Shown: positions 1 to 11,500 of the stretch, piece after piece
How the letters are laid out: each line of letters opens with the position of its first letter
Numbering within the stretch: position 1 is the first letter of the stretch
Assembly: GCA_963816185.1 (NCBI GenBank)
Contig: CAWFJJ010000028.1
Span: 384,001 to 448,000 of the forward strand
Direction of reading: 5' to 3'
Source of the DNA: Thermoanaerobaculia bacterium
Lineage (GTDB): Bacteria; Acidobacteriota; Thermoanaerobaculia; UBA5066
DNA length: 64,000 nucleotides
Program-made: the position numbers and the translations under genes
Notes under the pieces: model-generated
Database searches by the model: none
What the model saw: the letters and a program-made list of their open reading frames with translations, nothing else
Told to the model about the DNA's origin: nothing

Positions 1-1216
1 GTTCCTTCCCGACGGACGGCATTTCGTCTTCGTGGCGCGCAACCTCGACCCGGAGAAGACCTCCGTCGTGCTGGCGTCGCTCGATTCGAAGGAGGTCCGC
101 CGGCTCTTCCATGCGGACTCCGCCGCCGTCTTCGCCGATCCGGATACCTCCTGTTTGCGCGGGACAACGCCCTCTTCGCGTGGAGATTCGATCCCCGGCG
201 CCTCGAGCTCGTCGGGGACCCCGTTCCCGCGTTCGAGCACGTCCGCTACACGACCGAGGACAACTTCCTGTCGGCTCTCGGCGGCCGGAAACCGCGTGGC
301 GTACCTGTCGTGGTCCATGCGGCGGAGGCTCGTTTGGGTGGACCGGAAGGGGCGCGAACTCGGCACCCTCGGCGACGTCGGCGGCTACGAGGACGTCCGC
401 ATCTCGCCGGACGGCCGGAGGGTGGCCGTGCCGTGCGCGATCCGGCGCACGGCCAGAACCAGGACGTCTGGGTCCTGGATGCCTCCCGCGGGACGGGTAC
501 GCGGATCACCGCCGAGCGCACGGACGAGTTCGACCCGGCGTGGTTCCCGGACGGCGAGCGGCTGGTCTATGTCTCCGATCGCGTGTCGGTTTCTACGATC
601 TCTACGAGCGGCCGGCGAGCGGGGGCGCCGAGAAGATTCTGGTTCGGACGAAGCAGGACAAGATCTCTGCCGACGGTGTCGCCCGACGGCCGGCATCTGC
701 TCGTGGACGTCCCGGAGGCGGGCAGGTTCGCGCGCGTTCTGATCCCGCTGTCCGGAGGCGGCGATTCCTCGGTTGAGCGGCGACTCCCGGTTCTCGGAGG
801 AGCATCCCGAGATCTCGCCGGACGGCCGCTGGACCGCGTTCGACTCGCAGCGAGTCGGGGCAGAGGGAAGTCTACGTGCAGCCTCTGCCGGAGGGTCCGA
901 AGCGTCAGGTCTCGATCGGCGGCGGCCAGATGCCGGTCTGGAATCGAAACGGCTCGGAGCTCTTCTACGCGGCCCGGGACGGGATGCTGATGTCGGTCAC
1001 CATGCGCCTGCCGCGGGCCGGCTGGAGATCGCGGAGCCGCAGCCGCTCTTCCTCCTGCAGCTCGGAGTGAGCGGGGAGATCCAGATCCACCGCCACCCTT
1101 ATGACGTCTCTCCGGACGGCCAGCGGTTCCTCGTGATCCGCCGCGCGCCGGACGCCGAGCCCGACGGCGCTGTCGTCGTCACGAACTGGACCGCGGTGTT
1201 GAAGAAAATCCCGTAA
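1..1216 (+). CDS. C-terminal TolB-like/PD40 beta-propeller protein, probably the tail of a Ser/Thr kinase-propeller protein; 5' partial, several frameshifts
   Basis: Repeated motifs ISPDGRRVA, WFPDGERLVY, ISPDGRWTAF, YDVSPDGQRFLVI and the ending VVVTNWTAVLKK are spread over ORFs 32-742, 310-990, 111-776, 773-1216 and 876-1070. Confidence 0.75.
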
Positions 1217-1448
1217 CGGCAGACTGCTAGGATCGAAACGATGCTGGCGCTCCGAACCTCCGAGATCCGCGACAAGTACACGGGCCGTTCTTCACCCAAC
1301 GCTGATCGAGTTCGGGAAGGCGCAGATCCTGGGACGGAGCGAGGAGGAGAAGGAGGAGGCCTACATCAAGCGGATTCATCTGGCGACGTGAAAGAGGCTT
1401 CCCCGCTGGCGGCGGCGGCTCCCCCCGGTTAGACTTCCGCGCGGCGCG

Positions 1449-1847
1449 ATGGCGATCTTCGGAAAGAGCGGTGGCCCGGAGTCCCCGGGCCGTGAGGACC
1501 CGGGGTCCCGCTCGTCCTTCATCGGCGCGAAGATCCGGTTTCAAGGGGAGCTCCTCGGGGACGAAGACGTCCTCGTGGAAGGCCGCCTGGAGGGCCGGGT
1601 GAAGATCTCGAAAGCCTTCCGGGTGGGCCTTCACGGAGTGGTTCTCGCCGAGGTCGCAGCCGCCACCGTCACCATCGCAGGGCGCATCGTCGGCAACGTA
1701 AGCGCCGCCGAGCGCGTGGAGCTTCTCCCGACCGGCACCCTCGAAGGCAACATTCAGGCTCCGCGCATCGTCATCGGCGAGGGAGCGCGATTCACAGGAA
1801 GCATCGACATGAGCGGCGGGGCTGCGACTCCCACGCCGTCGAGCTGA
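1449..1847 (+). CDS. Bactofilin (polymer-forming cytoskeletal protein)
   Basis: SFIGAKIRFQGEL..DVLVEGRLEGRV..IAGRIVGNVSA..GNIQAPRIVIGEGARFTGSIDM. Confidence 0.9.
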   Translation: MAIFGKSGGPESPGREDPGSRSSFIGAKIRFQGELLGDEDVLVEGRLEGRVKISKAFRVGLHGVVLAEVAAATVTIAGRIVGNVSAAERVELLPTGTLEGNIQAPRIVIGEGARFTGSIDMSGGAATPTPSS

Positions 1848-1874
1848 CCCCGCACGTGAAAGGAACGAAACGAC

Positions 1875-3404
1875 ATGGCCTCGTCCGCGCCCATCCACGG
1901 AAACTGGATCGCAGGAAAATGGGTCCCCGCCCGATCCGCTCGAACGTTCGAGAACCGCAATCCCGCCGACGTCACGGATCTCATCGGCCGCTTCGCCGAC
2001 TCCGACGAGCGCGACGCGAAGGAGGCGGTCGACGTCGCCGCCGAGGCCTACCGGACGTGGCGCCTCGTGCCGGGACCGCAGCGGGGGGAGATTCTCTACC
2101 GCCTCGGCGAGGTTCTGCGCGACCGCAAGGAGGACTACGCGCGCGACATGACGCGCGAAATGGGGAAGGTCCTCAAGGAAACGCGCGGCGACGTCCAGGA
2201 GGCCATCGACATGGCCTTCCTCATGGGCGGCGAGGGCCGGCGCCTGCACGGGCAGACGACGCCCTCCGAGCTGCCGAACAAGTTCGCCATGTCGGTGCGG
2301 TCGCCGATCGGCGTCTGCGCCTTCATCACGCCGTGGAACTTCCCGATGGCGATCCCGGCCTGGAAGACGACGGCCGCCCTCGTGTGCGGCAACACCGTCG
2401 TCATCAAGCCGGCCACGGACACGCCGCTCTCGGTCGTGAACTTCGCGCGCGCCCTCGAGGACGCGGGGCTGCCGCCCGGCGTCTTCAACGTGGTCACGGG
2501 CAGCGGCTCGAAGGTGGGGATGCCGCTCCTCAAGGACCCGCGTGTGAAGGTCGTTTCCTTCACGGGCTCGACGGCCGTCGGCCAGACGATCAACGAGGCG
2601 TGCGCTCCGACGTTCAAGCACGTCCACCTCGAGATGGGCGGCAAGAACCCGATTCTCGTCATGGACGACGCGAACCTCGAGCTCGCCGTCGACGGCGCGA
2701 TCTGGGGCGCGTTCGGCACGAGCGGCCAGCGCTGCACGGCGTCCTCGCGTCTCCTCGTCCACAAGAAGGTCGCCCGGAAGTTCACGGCCATGCTCGCCGA
2801 GCGCGCGAACGCGTTGAAGGTCGGAAACGGCCTCGACGAGAAGATCGAGATGGGGCCGTCCATCAACGAGAGCCAGCTCGACACGGTTCTCGACTACATC
2901 TCCATCGGAAAGGCCGAGGGCGCCAGGTGCGTCGCCGGCGGGCGCCGTCTCGCGGGCAAGGCTCACGCGAAGGGCTGGTTCGTGGCGCCGACCGTTTTCG
3001 CCGACTGCAATCGGCGGATGCGCATCGCGCGCGAGGAGATCTTCGGGCCCGTGACGTCCATCGTGCCGATCGGGTCGCTCGAAGAGGGAATCGACGTCGC
3101 GAACGACAGCGACTACGGCCTTTCGTCGGCCATCTTCACGCAGGACGTCAACAAGGCGTTCGTCGCGATGCGCGACCTCGAAGCGGGGATCTTCTACGTC
3201 AATCTGCCGACGATCGGCGCAGAGACGCACCTGCCGTTCGGCGGCACGAAGAAGACGGGGAACGGGCACCGTGAGGCCGGCCTCGCCGCCCTCGACGTGT
3301 TCAGCGAGTGGAAGTCGATCTACGTCGACTACTCGGGCACGATCCAGAAGGCCCAGATCGACGTTCCCGCCGGAGCGGCCCGACCTTCGAAGAAGAAAGC
3401 CTGA
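1875..3404 (+). CDS. Aldehyde dehydrogenase family protein
   Basis: [34 protein letters not shown] motifs. Confidence 0.95.
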   Translation: MASSAPIHGNWIAGKWVPARSARTFENRNPADVTDLIGRFADSDERDAKEAVDVAAEAYRTWRLVPGPQRGEILYRLGEVLRDRKEDYARDMTREMGKVLKETRGDVQEAIDMAFLMGGEGRRLHGQTTPSELPNKFAMSVRSPIGVCAFITPWNFPMAIPAWKTTAALVCGNTVVIKPATDTPLSVVNFARALEDAGLPPGVFNVVTGSGSKVGMPLLKDPRVKVVSFTGSTAVGQTINEACAPTFKHVHLEMGGKNPILVMDDANLELAVDGAIWGAFGTSGQRCTASSRLLVHKKVARKFTAMLAERANALKVGNGLDEKIEMGPSINESQLDTVLDYISIGKAEGARCVAGGRRLAGKAHAKGWFVAPTVFADCNRRMRIAREEIFGPVTSIVPIGSLEEGIDVANDSDYGLSSAIFTQDVNKAFVAMRDLEAGIFYVNLPTIGAETHLPFGGTKKTGNGHREAGLAALDVFSEWKSIYVDYSGTIQKAQIDVPAGAARPSKKKA

Positions 3405-3418
3405 GAGAGCGGGAGCGG

Positions 3419-4639
3419 ATGGGCACTCCCGTCCTCTGGCTCCTGCCGTTCGTCGGTCTTCTCCTCTCGATCGCGATCCTGCCGCTCGTCGTTCCCGGCC
3501 GTTGGAGCCGTCCCGGGTTCCAGGCGATCGTGGCCTCTCTCGCCGCCTTGCCGATCGTCGTCGGCCGTCCCCAAGCCCTCGGCCAGGTCGCCCACGAGTA
3601 CGTCGCGTTCGTCCTGCTTCTCGGCTCGCTCTACGTCGTCGCCTCCGGCATCCGCGTCACGGGCGACATCCCCGCGCATCCCGCGACGAACACCGTGCTC
3701 CTCCTCCTGGGCGCCGTTCTCGCGTCGATCATCGGAACGACCGGCGCTTCGATGCTCCTCATCCGACTCGTCCTCGAGGTCAACTCGGAACGGAGAAACG
3801 TCTCGCACACGGTTCTGTTCTTCATCCTCGTGGTCTCCAACGTGGGCGGCTGCCTCACGCCGCTCGGCGATCCGCCGCTCTTCCTCGGATACCTCGCCGG
3901 CGTGCCCTTCTTCTGGACTCTGCGGCTCGCCGAGGAGTGGGCCGTGGCGATCGGCCTGCTCCTCGGAGCGTACTACCTCGTCGAGCGGCGCGAGCACGCG
4001 CGGGAGGAGCCCACGGCGCTTCTCGCCGACGAGACGACGCGGCGGCCCATCCGCGTGACGGGACGGTGGAACTTCCTGCTGCTCGCCGGGATCGTCTTCG
4101 CAACGGCGTTCCTCGCCTCGCCTTTCCGCGAGGCCGTCTACATCGCCTGCGCGGCGGCGAGCTTCCCCCTGACGCCTCGAGGGCAGAGGGACGAGGTCGG
4201 CTTCTCGTGGCATCCCATCCTCGAGGTGGCGATTCTCTTCGCGGGCATCTTCGTCGCGATGGAGCCGGCTCTGGTCGTCCTGCGCGAGAGAGCGCCGGCG
4301 CTCGGCCTCACACGTCCGTGGCATTTCTTCTGGGCGACGGGATGGCTCTCCGCGTGGCTCGACAACGCGCCAACGTATGCCGCGTTCCTCGCCCTTGCGC
4401 GGGGCCTGGGCCGGCCGGAGGTCGCGGGCGTTCCGGCGAAGATCCTGGAGGCGATCTCGGTTGGGGCCGTCTTCTTCGGCGCAATGACGTACATCGGAAA
4501 CGGCCCGAACTTCCTCGTCCGGTCTATCGCGGCGTCCCGCGGCGTCGCGATGCCGTCGTTCTTCGGCTATGCGGCCCGTGCGGCGGCCGTGCTCCTGCCG
4601 CTGTTCCTGCTTCTCACGTTCATCTTCTTCCGCGGCTGA
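3419..4639 (+). CDS. Ion transporter superfamily membrane protein (putative Na+/H+ antiporter, CitMHS-like)
   Basis: Polytopic hydrophobic protein with IGTTGASMLLIR, SNVGGCLTPLGDPPLFLGY, LDNAPTY, TYIGNGPNF; start placed at ATG 3419. Confidence 0.85.
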   Translation: MGTPVLWLLPFVGLLLSIAILPLVVPGRWSRPGFQAIVASLAALPIVVGRPQALGQVAHEYVAFVLLLGSLYVVASGIRVTGDIPAHPATNTVLLLLGAVLASIIGTTGASMLLIRLVLEVNSERRNVSHTVLFFILVVSNVGGCLTPLGDPPLFLGYLAGVPFFWTLRLAEEWAVAIGLLLGAYYLVERREHAREEPTALLADETTRRPIRVTGRWNFLLLAGIVFATAFLASPFREAVYIACAAASFPLTPRGQRDEVGFSWHPILEVAILFAGIFVAMEPALVVLRERAPALGLTRPWHFFWATGWLSAWLDNAPTYAAFLALARGLGRPEVAGVPAKILEAISVGAVFFGAMTYIGNGPNFLVRSIAASRGVAMPSFFGYAARAAAVLLPLFLLLTFIFFRG

Positions 4640-4669
4640 GAAGCCGGACGGCGGGGCGCAGCGGGATCC

Positions 4670-5911
4670 TTACGAGCCGATGTCCTTCGCCTTCCGGTAG
4701 GCAGGCAGGGCCACGGAGAGGATGCGAACGGCTTCCTTCAGGTCGTCCTCCTTCAGGACGTAGGCGATGCGGATCTCGTCGAGTCCGAGTCCCGGGGTGA
4801 CGTAGAAGCCGCTGGCTGGGGCGACCATGACGGTCTTCCCCTCGAGCGCGAAGCTCGTCAGAAGCCATGCCGCGAAGTCGTCGCTGTCCCGAACGGGCAG
4901 GCGCGCCACGAAATAGAAAGCTCCCTCCGGCTTTCGGAGGAAGACGCCGGGAATCTTCGAGAGCCCCTCATAGAGCGTGTCGCGCCTTTTCTGGTACTCC
5001 GTCACGATGCCTCGGTAATACTCCGGCCCGAGCTCCAGGGCACCCGGTGCGATGTGCTGTGCCAGCCCCGGTGGCGAGAGGCGGCCCTGCGCCATGCGGT
5101 TGCAGGCGCCGGCCACCTCGGCGTTCCGCGTGACGAGCGCACCGAGCCTGATCCCGCACGCCGAGAAGCGCTTCGAGAGCGAGTCCACGACCACGACGTC
5201 GTTCTCGAATCCCGCGAGCGAGAGAGCGCTGGCGGACTCGCGGCCGTCGTACAGAAACTCGCGGTAGACCTCGTCGGAGACGAGGAAGAGCCCGTGGTCC
5301 CGGCAGAACTCCGCCGCGCGGACGATCTCCTCCTTCGAGTAGACGGTCCCGGTCGGGTTGTTCGGATTGCAGAGGAGGACGAGGCGGGTCTTCGACGTCA
5401 GGGCCTTCTCCCAGTCTCCGCGCGCCGGAAGGTGAAAGCCGTCCTCGCCACGCGTGACGATCGGGCGCAGGCTGAGGCCTGCCATCGCCGCGAAGGAACG
5501 ATAGTTCGTATAAAGCGGCTCCACCGTCAGGATCTCGCCGCCCGCATCGGAGCAGGCCATGAAGGCGAACAGGACAGCTTCACTCCCGCCCGTCGTCGCG
5601 AGAATCTCGCCCCTCTTCAGCGTGATCCCCAGTTTCCCGTAGTAGGCGTGGAGGAAATCGAGGTACTCGGGCGTCCCGTTCGAGGGCGAGTAGGCGTACG
5701 TCTTGTCCTTGAGCGTCGTCAGTCGCCGGCGCATCGGCTCCGGCGTCTCGAGGTCGGGCTGGCCGATGTTCAAGTGATAGACCTTCACCCCGCGCTTTTT
5801 CGCCTCGTCCGCGAGAGGCATGAGCTTGCGGATGGGGGAGGGAGGCATGGCACGCCCGCGGGCGGAGACACGGGCGGCGGACCGGGTGGCGGATCGGGTG
5901 GCGGTACTCAT
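4670..5911 (-). CDS. PLP-dependent class I/II aminotransferase (aspartate aminotransferase-like)
   Basis: LNIGQPD, CNPNNPTG, SDEVYREF, DSLSKRFSACGIRLG, PEGAFY. Confidence 0.92.
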   Translation of the reverse strand: MSTATRSATRSAARVSARGRAMPPSPIRKLMPLADEAKKRGVKVYHLNIGQPDLETPEPMRRRLTTLKDKTYAYSPSNGTPEYLDFLHAYYGKLGITLKRGEILATTGGSEAVLFAFMACSDAGGEILTVEPLYTNYRSFAAMAGLSLRPIVTRGEDGFHLPARGDWEKALTSKTRLVLLCNPNNPTGTVYSKEEIVRAAEFCRDHGLFLVSDEVYREFLYDGRESASALSLAGFENDVVVVDSLSKRFSACGIRLGALVTRNAEVAGACNRMAQGRLSPPGLAQHIAPGALELGPEYYRGIVTEYQKRRDTLYEGLSKIPGVFLRKPEGAFYFVARLPVRDSDDFAAWLLTSFALEGKTVMVAPASGFYVTPGLGLDEIRIAYVLKEDDLKEAVRILSVALPAYRKAKDIGS

Positions 5912-5963
5912 CGCGGAGCCAGACTAGCACCAGGGAGCCGCGCCAAGACGCCGAAGAGCGGGA

Positions 5964-6008
5964 GCCCCCTCCGATTGCCGGAGTTCCGGAGCCGGCTCCG
6001 GAGGGGGC
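5964..6008 (-). terminator. GC-rich hairpin downstream of the 6018-6299 gene; possible terminator
   Basis: GCCCCCTCCG..CGGAGGGGGC inverted repeat overlapping the palindrome TCCGGAGCCGGCTCCGGA; no U-tract. Confidence 0.35.
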
Positions 6009-6017
6009 GGTCGTCGG

Positions 6018-6299
6018 CTATTTCGGTCCGTTCTGATTCGCAGCCTCGGCGGCTGCCTTCAGCTCGGTATTCACCTGTTCGAGCAGCTCTTTCGCCTTCT
6101 GGGCGTGTCCATTCATGTCCCATTCGTTCGCCTTCTGCGCGGCCATGATCTTGTTGAATGCCTGGGTCGAGAGGCGCTGCGCGGCGGCGAGATTCGGGTG
6201 CCTTCTCCCGCTCACATTCCTGACGGGCTTTTCCGCGACGGCGCTCCCGGCAGCCATGACGGCAAGACCGAGAACGAGAACCGAAAGCAATCTCCTCAT
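6018..6299 (-). CDS. Small secreted helical hypothetical protein
   Basis: Signal peptide MRRLLSVLVLGLAVMAAGSAVA, RHPNLAAAQ..GHAQKAKELL; AGGAGG SD upstream. Confidence 0.8.
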   Translation of the reverse strand: MRRLLSVLVLGLAVMAAGSAVAEKPVRNVSGRRHPNLAAAQRLSTQAFNKIMAAQKANEWDMNGHAQKAKELLEQVNTELKAAAEAANQNGPK

Positions 6300-6325
6300 A
6301 GGTGCAAATCCTCCTGAGTCTCATT

Positions 6326-7324
6326 TTACATTCCTCCGGCTCGGAGTTTCGCGGCGGCGAGGAGCGCTCCGATGTCGTCCGGCACCGGCGCCGTGAACGT
6401 CATCTTCTCGCCCGTGGTGGGATGCTTCAACGTCAGGCGCCAGGCGTGAAGCGCCTGACGCGGAAAGCTCCGGCAGAGATCGCGCAGAAGCTCGTCCTTG
6501 ATCCCTTTCCATCGGGGCGAGCCGTACGTGGGATCGCCGACGATGGGAAGGCGGAGCGCCTTGAGGTGAACGCGAATTTGATGCGTCCGGCCGGTGACGA
6601 GCGTGCACTTGAGGAGAGAAAGACCGGAGTGGGAACCAGAAGACTCGGAGAGGATTTCATAGAAGGTGGTCGACGGACGCCCCTCGGTTTTCGAGGCCGC
6701 CATGCGTTTCCTGTCGGCGGGATCGCGGCGGATCTTCAGGTCGATGCGCCCCTTTCTCAGCGGCGCCTTGCCGTAAACCAGGGCCAGATATTCCTTTTCC
6801 AGGAATCTCTCTCTTATGGCTCTCCCAAGGACAGCCATGGCCGTTTCGGTCTTTGCGACGACGAGGACCCCCGATGTGTCTTTGTCGAGCCGATGGACGA
6901 GTCCGGGCCTGTCGGCTGGCCCGGCCCACTCCTTCGAGCGATGGAGTAAGGCGTTCACGAGGGTCCCGTCGCGGTGCCCGACGGCAGGGTGCACGACGAG
7001 GCCGGGCGGCTTGTTCAGAACGAGGATTTCGGAATCTTCGTAAAGGGCGGAGAGAGGGATGTCCTGCGCCACGAGGTCGGGACGAGGAGGGGCAGGCGCG
7101 GGAAGGTGGACCAGGATCTCGTCTCCCGTCTTGACCTTCTCGGAGCTCTTCTTCGGTCTTCTCCCTCCGACCGAAACACAGCCGCTCTCGATCCACTCCT
7201 GGATCTTCGTCCGCGAGGCCTCGGGCAGGTCATTCAGGTGCCGGAGCAGAACTCTGTCGAGGCGCTCGCCCGCGTCGCCCCGGTCGGCGCGGATGGTGCG
7301 CCGCGGCCGGGGCGCGTCGGTCAC
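6326..7324 (-). CDS. rluD: RluA-family 23S rRNA pseudouridine synthase RluD
   Basis: S4 domain RLDRVL, NKPPGLVVHP, GLVHRLDKDTSG, TGRTHQIRVH, RQALHA; GTG overlaps the lgt stop. Confidence 0.92.
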   Translation of the reverse strand: MTDAPRPRRTIRADRGDAGERLDRVLLRHLNDLPEASRTKIQEWIESGCVSVGGRRPKKSSEKVKTGDEILVHLPAPAPPRPDLVAQDIPLSALYEDSEILVLNKPPGLVVHPAVGHRDGTLVNALLHRSKEWAGPADRPGLVHRLDKDTSGVLVVAKTETAMAVLGRAIRERFLEKEYLALVYGKAPLRKGRIDLKIRRDPADRKRMAASKTEGRPSTTFYEILSESSGSHSGLSLLKCTLVTGRTHQIRVHLKALRLPIVGDPTYGSPRWKGIKDELLRDLCRSFPRQALHAWRLTLKHPTTGEKMTFTAPVPDDIGALLAAAKLRAGGM

Positions 7325-8103
7325 GCGGCGGCGGGCGCGGGCGTCGTCTTGCGGCGCAGAGCCCAGAGGACCACCGCCACGGCGATGCCGCAAAGGGCGA
7401 TGAACTGCGACGTCGACATCACGCCGAACACCGACCCGCGCGGGTCGCCCCGGAAGATCTCGATCACGAAGCGGAGGAGCGCGTAGCCGAAGAGATAGCG
7501 CACGAAGGTCTCGCCCGAGTACCGGCGGCGCTCGAGAGCGACGAGAAGGATGCACAGGACGAGCGTGCCCACGGCCTCGTAGATCTGGGTCGGGTGAAGG
7601 GGAATGTCGAGCGGTACGCCCACGTTCTCGTGGGCCTTCGGATCGGTGAATGTGATCGCCCACGGGAGCGTACATTCGCGGCCCCAGCAGCAACCCGCCA
7701 GGAGGCATCCGACGCGGCCGAGGGATTGTCCGAGCGCGACGGAGGGCGCCGCGATGTCGGCAAAGGTGAAAAACGGGATCTCGCGCCTGCGGAGGAGCAC
7801 GACCGTGGCCACGAGCGCGCCGATCAGGCCGCCGTAGAACACGCCGCCGGCCCGCGCGAGATCTTTGAGACCGCTCCAGGAGGAGACGTACTGCGGCCAC
7901 TCCACGATCACGAGCAGGAGCTTGGAGCCCACGAGGCCCGACAGGAGAAGCCAGATGCCGACGTCGGAAGCGGCGTCCGGCGTGACGCCGAAAGAGGGGG
8001 CGCGCTTTCTCACGAGCCAGAGCCCCGCAAGGAAGGCGAGCGCCATCATCAGCCCGTAGCTCGGAAGCGCGAAGTTCCCGATGTGGATCAGCTCTGGGTG
8101 CAC
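7321..8103 (-). CDS. lgt: Prolipoprotein diacylglyceryl transferase
   Basis: HPELIHIG..SYGLM, GGVFYGG, GRVGCLLAGCCWG, HPTQIYE, RFVIEIFRGD. Confidence 0.93.
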   Translation of the reverse strand: MHPELIHIGNFALPSYGLMMALAFLAGLWLVRKRAPSFGVTPDAASDVGIWLLLSGLVGSKLLLVIVEWPQYVSSWSGLKDLARAGGVFYGGLIGALVATVVLLRRREIPFFTFADIAAPSVALGQSLGRVGCLLAGCCWGRECTLPWAITFTDPKAHENVGVPLDIPLHPTQIYEAVGTLVLCILLVALERRRYSGETFVRYLFGYALLRFVIEIFRGDPRGSVFGVMSTSQFIALCGIAVAVVLWALRRKTTPAPAAA

Positions 8104-8588
8104 GTCTCGGGCTCTTTCTCGGGGTGCCGCCAGATGTCCCAGGCGAGGAGGATGACGCCTACGCTGATCGCGCTGTCGGCCACGTTGAAGGACGGCCACT
8201 CCCAGCGGCCCGCGTAGAAACGCAGGAAGTCCGTCACGGACTGGAAGCGAATGCGGTCGATGAGGTTCCCGACGGCCCCGCCGAGGACCAGGGCGAGCGC
8301 CGTCTGCAGGCGCGTGAGCGTCGCGGGCGACGTGAGCGACCACGCGAGGACGCCGAGGAAGACCCCGACCGCCACCAGCGTGAGGATCGCGGTCCGCGCG
8401 GGTGAGTTCGTGAAGGCGAACAGGCCGAACGCCGTGCCCCTGTTCCTCACGTGCGTGAGATCGAAAAAGCCCCGGATGATCGGGATCGTTTCGTGAAGCG
8501 GAATCCGGGCGGCCACGATCGCCTTCGTGACCTGGTCCAGGACCACGACGGCAAGGGAGATTCCAAAATAGACCAGCCGGCGCGGCAC
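8088..8588 (-). CDS. lspA: Lipoprotein signal peptidase II
   Basis: LDQVTK, NRGTAFG, GGAVGNLIDR, VTDFL, WPSFNVADSAI; downstream of ileS. Confidence 0.95.
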   Translation of the reverse strand: MPRRLVYFGISLAVVVLDQVTKAIVAARIPLHETIPIIRGFFDLTHVRNRGTAFGLFAFTNSPARTAILTLVAVGVFLGVLAWSLTSPATLTRLQTALALVLGGAVGNLIDRIRFQSVTDFLRFYAGRWEWPSFNVADSAISVGVILLAWDIWRHPEKEPETCTQS

Positions 8589-8598
8589 GTCCCGGATT

Positions 8599-11500
8599 CT
8601 ACTCGCCGACGACGCGGCGGCAGCGCGCGCAGATGCCGCTCGGCTCGACGTCGGTACGCACCTGCCAGCAACGCGGACATTTGGCACCCTCGGCGGGACG
8701 GACGGCGATGGCGTCCTCTTCGCCCTCCCGCACGACCGACGGTGTTCCAAAGACGTCGGCGAGTTCTTCTTCTGAGAGGGAAAGAACGGCGAGCGCTTCG
8801 TCGACGGCGCCGCCCCGCCCCACGACGACGGTGGCCTGAGAGGCGGACCCGACTTTCCCCTCTCTTCGGAGCGGCTCGAGGACCTGCAGGAAGTCCGCTC
8901 GGGCCGCCAGGATGCGTCGCCATGCCTTTCTTTCATTCGAAGAGATCTCCGGGAGCTTTACATCGTCCCAGCTTCGCAGGAAAAGCGCGGAGGGATCCGC
9001 CGCATTTCCCGGGATCGCCTCCCAGATCTCTTCCGCCGTGAACGGGCAGATCGGCGAAAGGCCGAGGGCGATGGTCCTGGCGAGCTGGTAGGCGGCTGTC
9101 TGCGCCGAGCGCCGCACGGGATCGTCCGCAGCGAGGACGTAAAGCACGTCCTTTCGCACGTCACACCAGAACGCCGACAGGTCCGTCGTCACGAGATCGA
9201 GAAGGCGTCGCGACACCACGTGGAACGCATAGTCGCGGTAGGCGTCCCTCGCATCGCCGGCAAATTGCGCCGCGACGTCGAGCACCCACCGGTCGAGGGG
9301 CTCGAGTCGGCTTTCCGGCACGCTGTCCTTCGCCGGGTCGAAGTCGGACAGGTTCGAGAGGAGAAAGCGCGCCGTGTTGCGGATCTTGCGGTAAGCCTCG
9401 GACGTCCGCTTGAGGATCTCGTCGGAGACGGGGTCGTCGTTCGTGTAGTCGGCGGAAGCGACCCAGAGCCGCAGCACGTCGGCGCCGTCCTTCTTGATGA
9501 CGTCGTGCGGGTCCACCGTGTTTCCGAGCGACTTCGACATCTTCCGGCCGTCTCCCGCGACGACGAACCCGTGTGTGAGCACCGCGTCGTAGGGCGCGCG
9601 GTTCGTCAGCGCGACGGAGGTCAGCAACGACGACTGGAACCACCCGCGGTGCTGGTCGTGCCCCTCGAGGTACATGACCGGGACCGGGGGGTGTGCCGTG
9701 TACGGGTCCTCGATACCGTAGTCGCCCGAGCGGAGGACGGCCGCGTGCGACACCCCCGAGTCGAACCACACGTCGAGGATGTCCTTGACCTTCTCGAAGT
9801 TCGCACCGCCACAGCGCGCGCAGGAAGCAGAGGACGTCGAGGTCGACGATGAAGAGAAAGAAGAAGAGGAAGAGAAAGAGGAAGACGAAGAATTGCTTAG
9901 AAAGTAAGACGGGGGGAAGGCGGCGTCGTCATACCAGGCATCCGCTCCGTGTTCGCGAAATGTCCCTCTTACCCTTTCAAAGAATTCTCCTCTTTCTTTC
10001 CTCTCTCGATCGCTGACTTCTCCCTCGACCGACGGGTAGTGCGAAACGACGCCCTTCTCCATGCAATCGGTGCACCTCAGAAACGTGATGGGCGAGCCCC
10101 AGCGGCGCTGGCGGGAGATCGTCCACTCGAGGCGGTTGTCGACCATCGCGCCGATGCGGTTTTCGCTGTAGGACGGGATCCACTCCACCCGGTCGTGGAT
10201 CTCGGACATCGCGCGCTCGCGGAGTGCGCCGAGGTCGATGAACCACTGGTGGGTCGCGCGGAAGATGACGGGCTGCTTGCACCGCCAGCAATGGGGGTAG
10301 GAGTGAGAAAGAGATTTCTTCGAAAGGAGGAGAGATCCGGAGTGGTCCTTGCCCGGACGTCCCGCGAAGCTCGACGCCTCGGCGGGCGTCGTCGCGAGCG
10401 CCGCGAGGACCGCGTCGTTCGCGCTCTCGTCGGGCGTTTTCGGGATGACGACTCTCTTCCCGCGCAGGAACTCCGGCGCGTTCGCGTCGTAGTACCCGCC
10501 TTCGTCGACCGGGCAGAGAGCCGGGTCGTCCACCTTGAAGGCGTGCCTCCTCACGACCTCGTAGTCGTCGCGCCCGTGGCCCGGAGCCGTGTGGACGAGG
10601 CCCGTGCCGTCCGTCGTCGACACGTGCTCGCCGAGGAGGAATCCGAAATTGGTTTCGGACGACGCGGCGAAGGGACGTCGATAGACGAGGCCGGCGGCGC
10701 CTAGGGTCGCGCCGCTTTTCTTCGAATGGGGAAGAGGGCTGGCGTCGCGCCAGCCGAGCGCGGCCGTCACTTGCGGGACGAGCGCAGCCGCGACGAGATA
10801 AGCGGCCCCAGGCTCGTCTTCCTTTCTGAGAAGAATGTATTCGATGCTCGGGCCAAGGGCGATCGCCCGGTTTGCGGGGAGAGTCCACGGCGTGGTCGTC
10901 CAGATGAGGGCGAACAGCCGCAGTGTGCCGGTCGCGTTTGCGAGGTCGGGCCACACCGCTTTCCAGGAATCTCCGTCCAACGGCATCGCGACGTAGACCG
11001 ACGGATCGGTCCTGTCCTCGTACTCGACCTCCGCTTCCGCGAGGGCGGTGCGGTCGCGCACGCACCAGAGGACGCTCTTGAATCCGAACGTGACGAGCCC
11101 TCTGTCCACGAAGCCGCCGAAAGCCCTGGCGATCTCGGACTGATAGGAGAAGTCCATCGTGCGATAGGGCGCCTCCCACCTGCCGAGGATTCCGAGGCGC
11201 TTGAAGTCGGAGCGCTGGTCGTCGATCCACCTCTCCGCGAACTTCCGGCACGCCCGGCGGATCGCGACGTCGGACATCTCGCGCTTCTTCGGCCCGAGCT
11301 CCTTGTCCACGCCCAGCTCGATGGGGAGGCCGTGGCAGTCCCAGCCGGGCACGTACGGTGCGTCGAGGCCCGCGAGAGTCTTGCTGCGGACGACGAGGTC
11401 CTTCAGGATCTTGTTCATCGCCGTGCCGATGTGGATCTTGTTGTTCGCGTACGGCGGGCCGTCGTGCAGGAGGAAACGCGGGGCGCCGGCGCGCGCTCGC

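Noticed and set aside
1241-1432. 63-aa ORF between the propeller gene and bactofilin
   Set aside because: No recognisable motif or SD; may be a gene remnant but cannot be supported.
11415-11445. IleRS HIGT in place of HIGH
   Set aside because: Variation at this motif position occurs in bacterial IleRS; no basis for inferring resistance or altered function.
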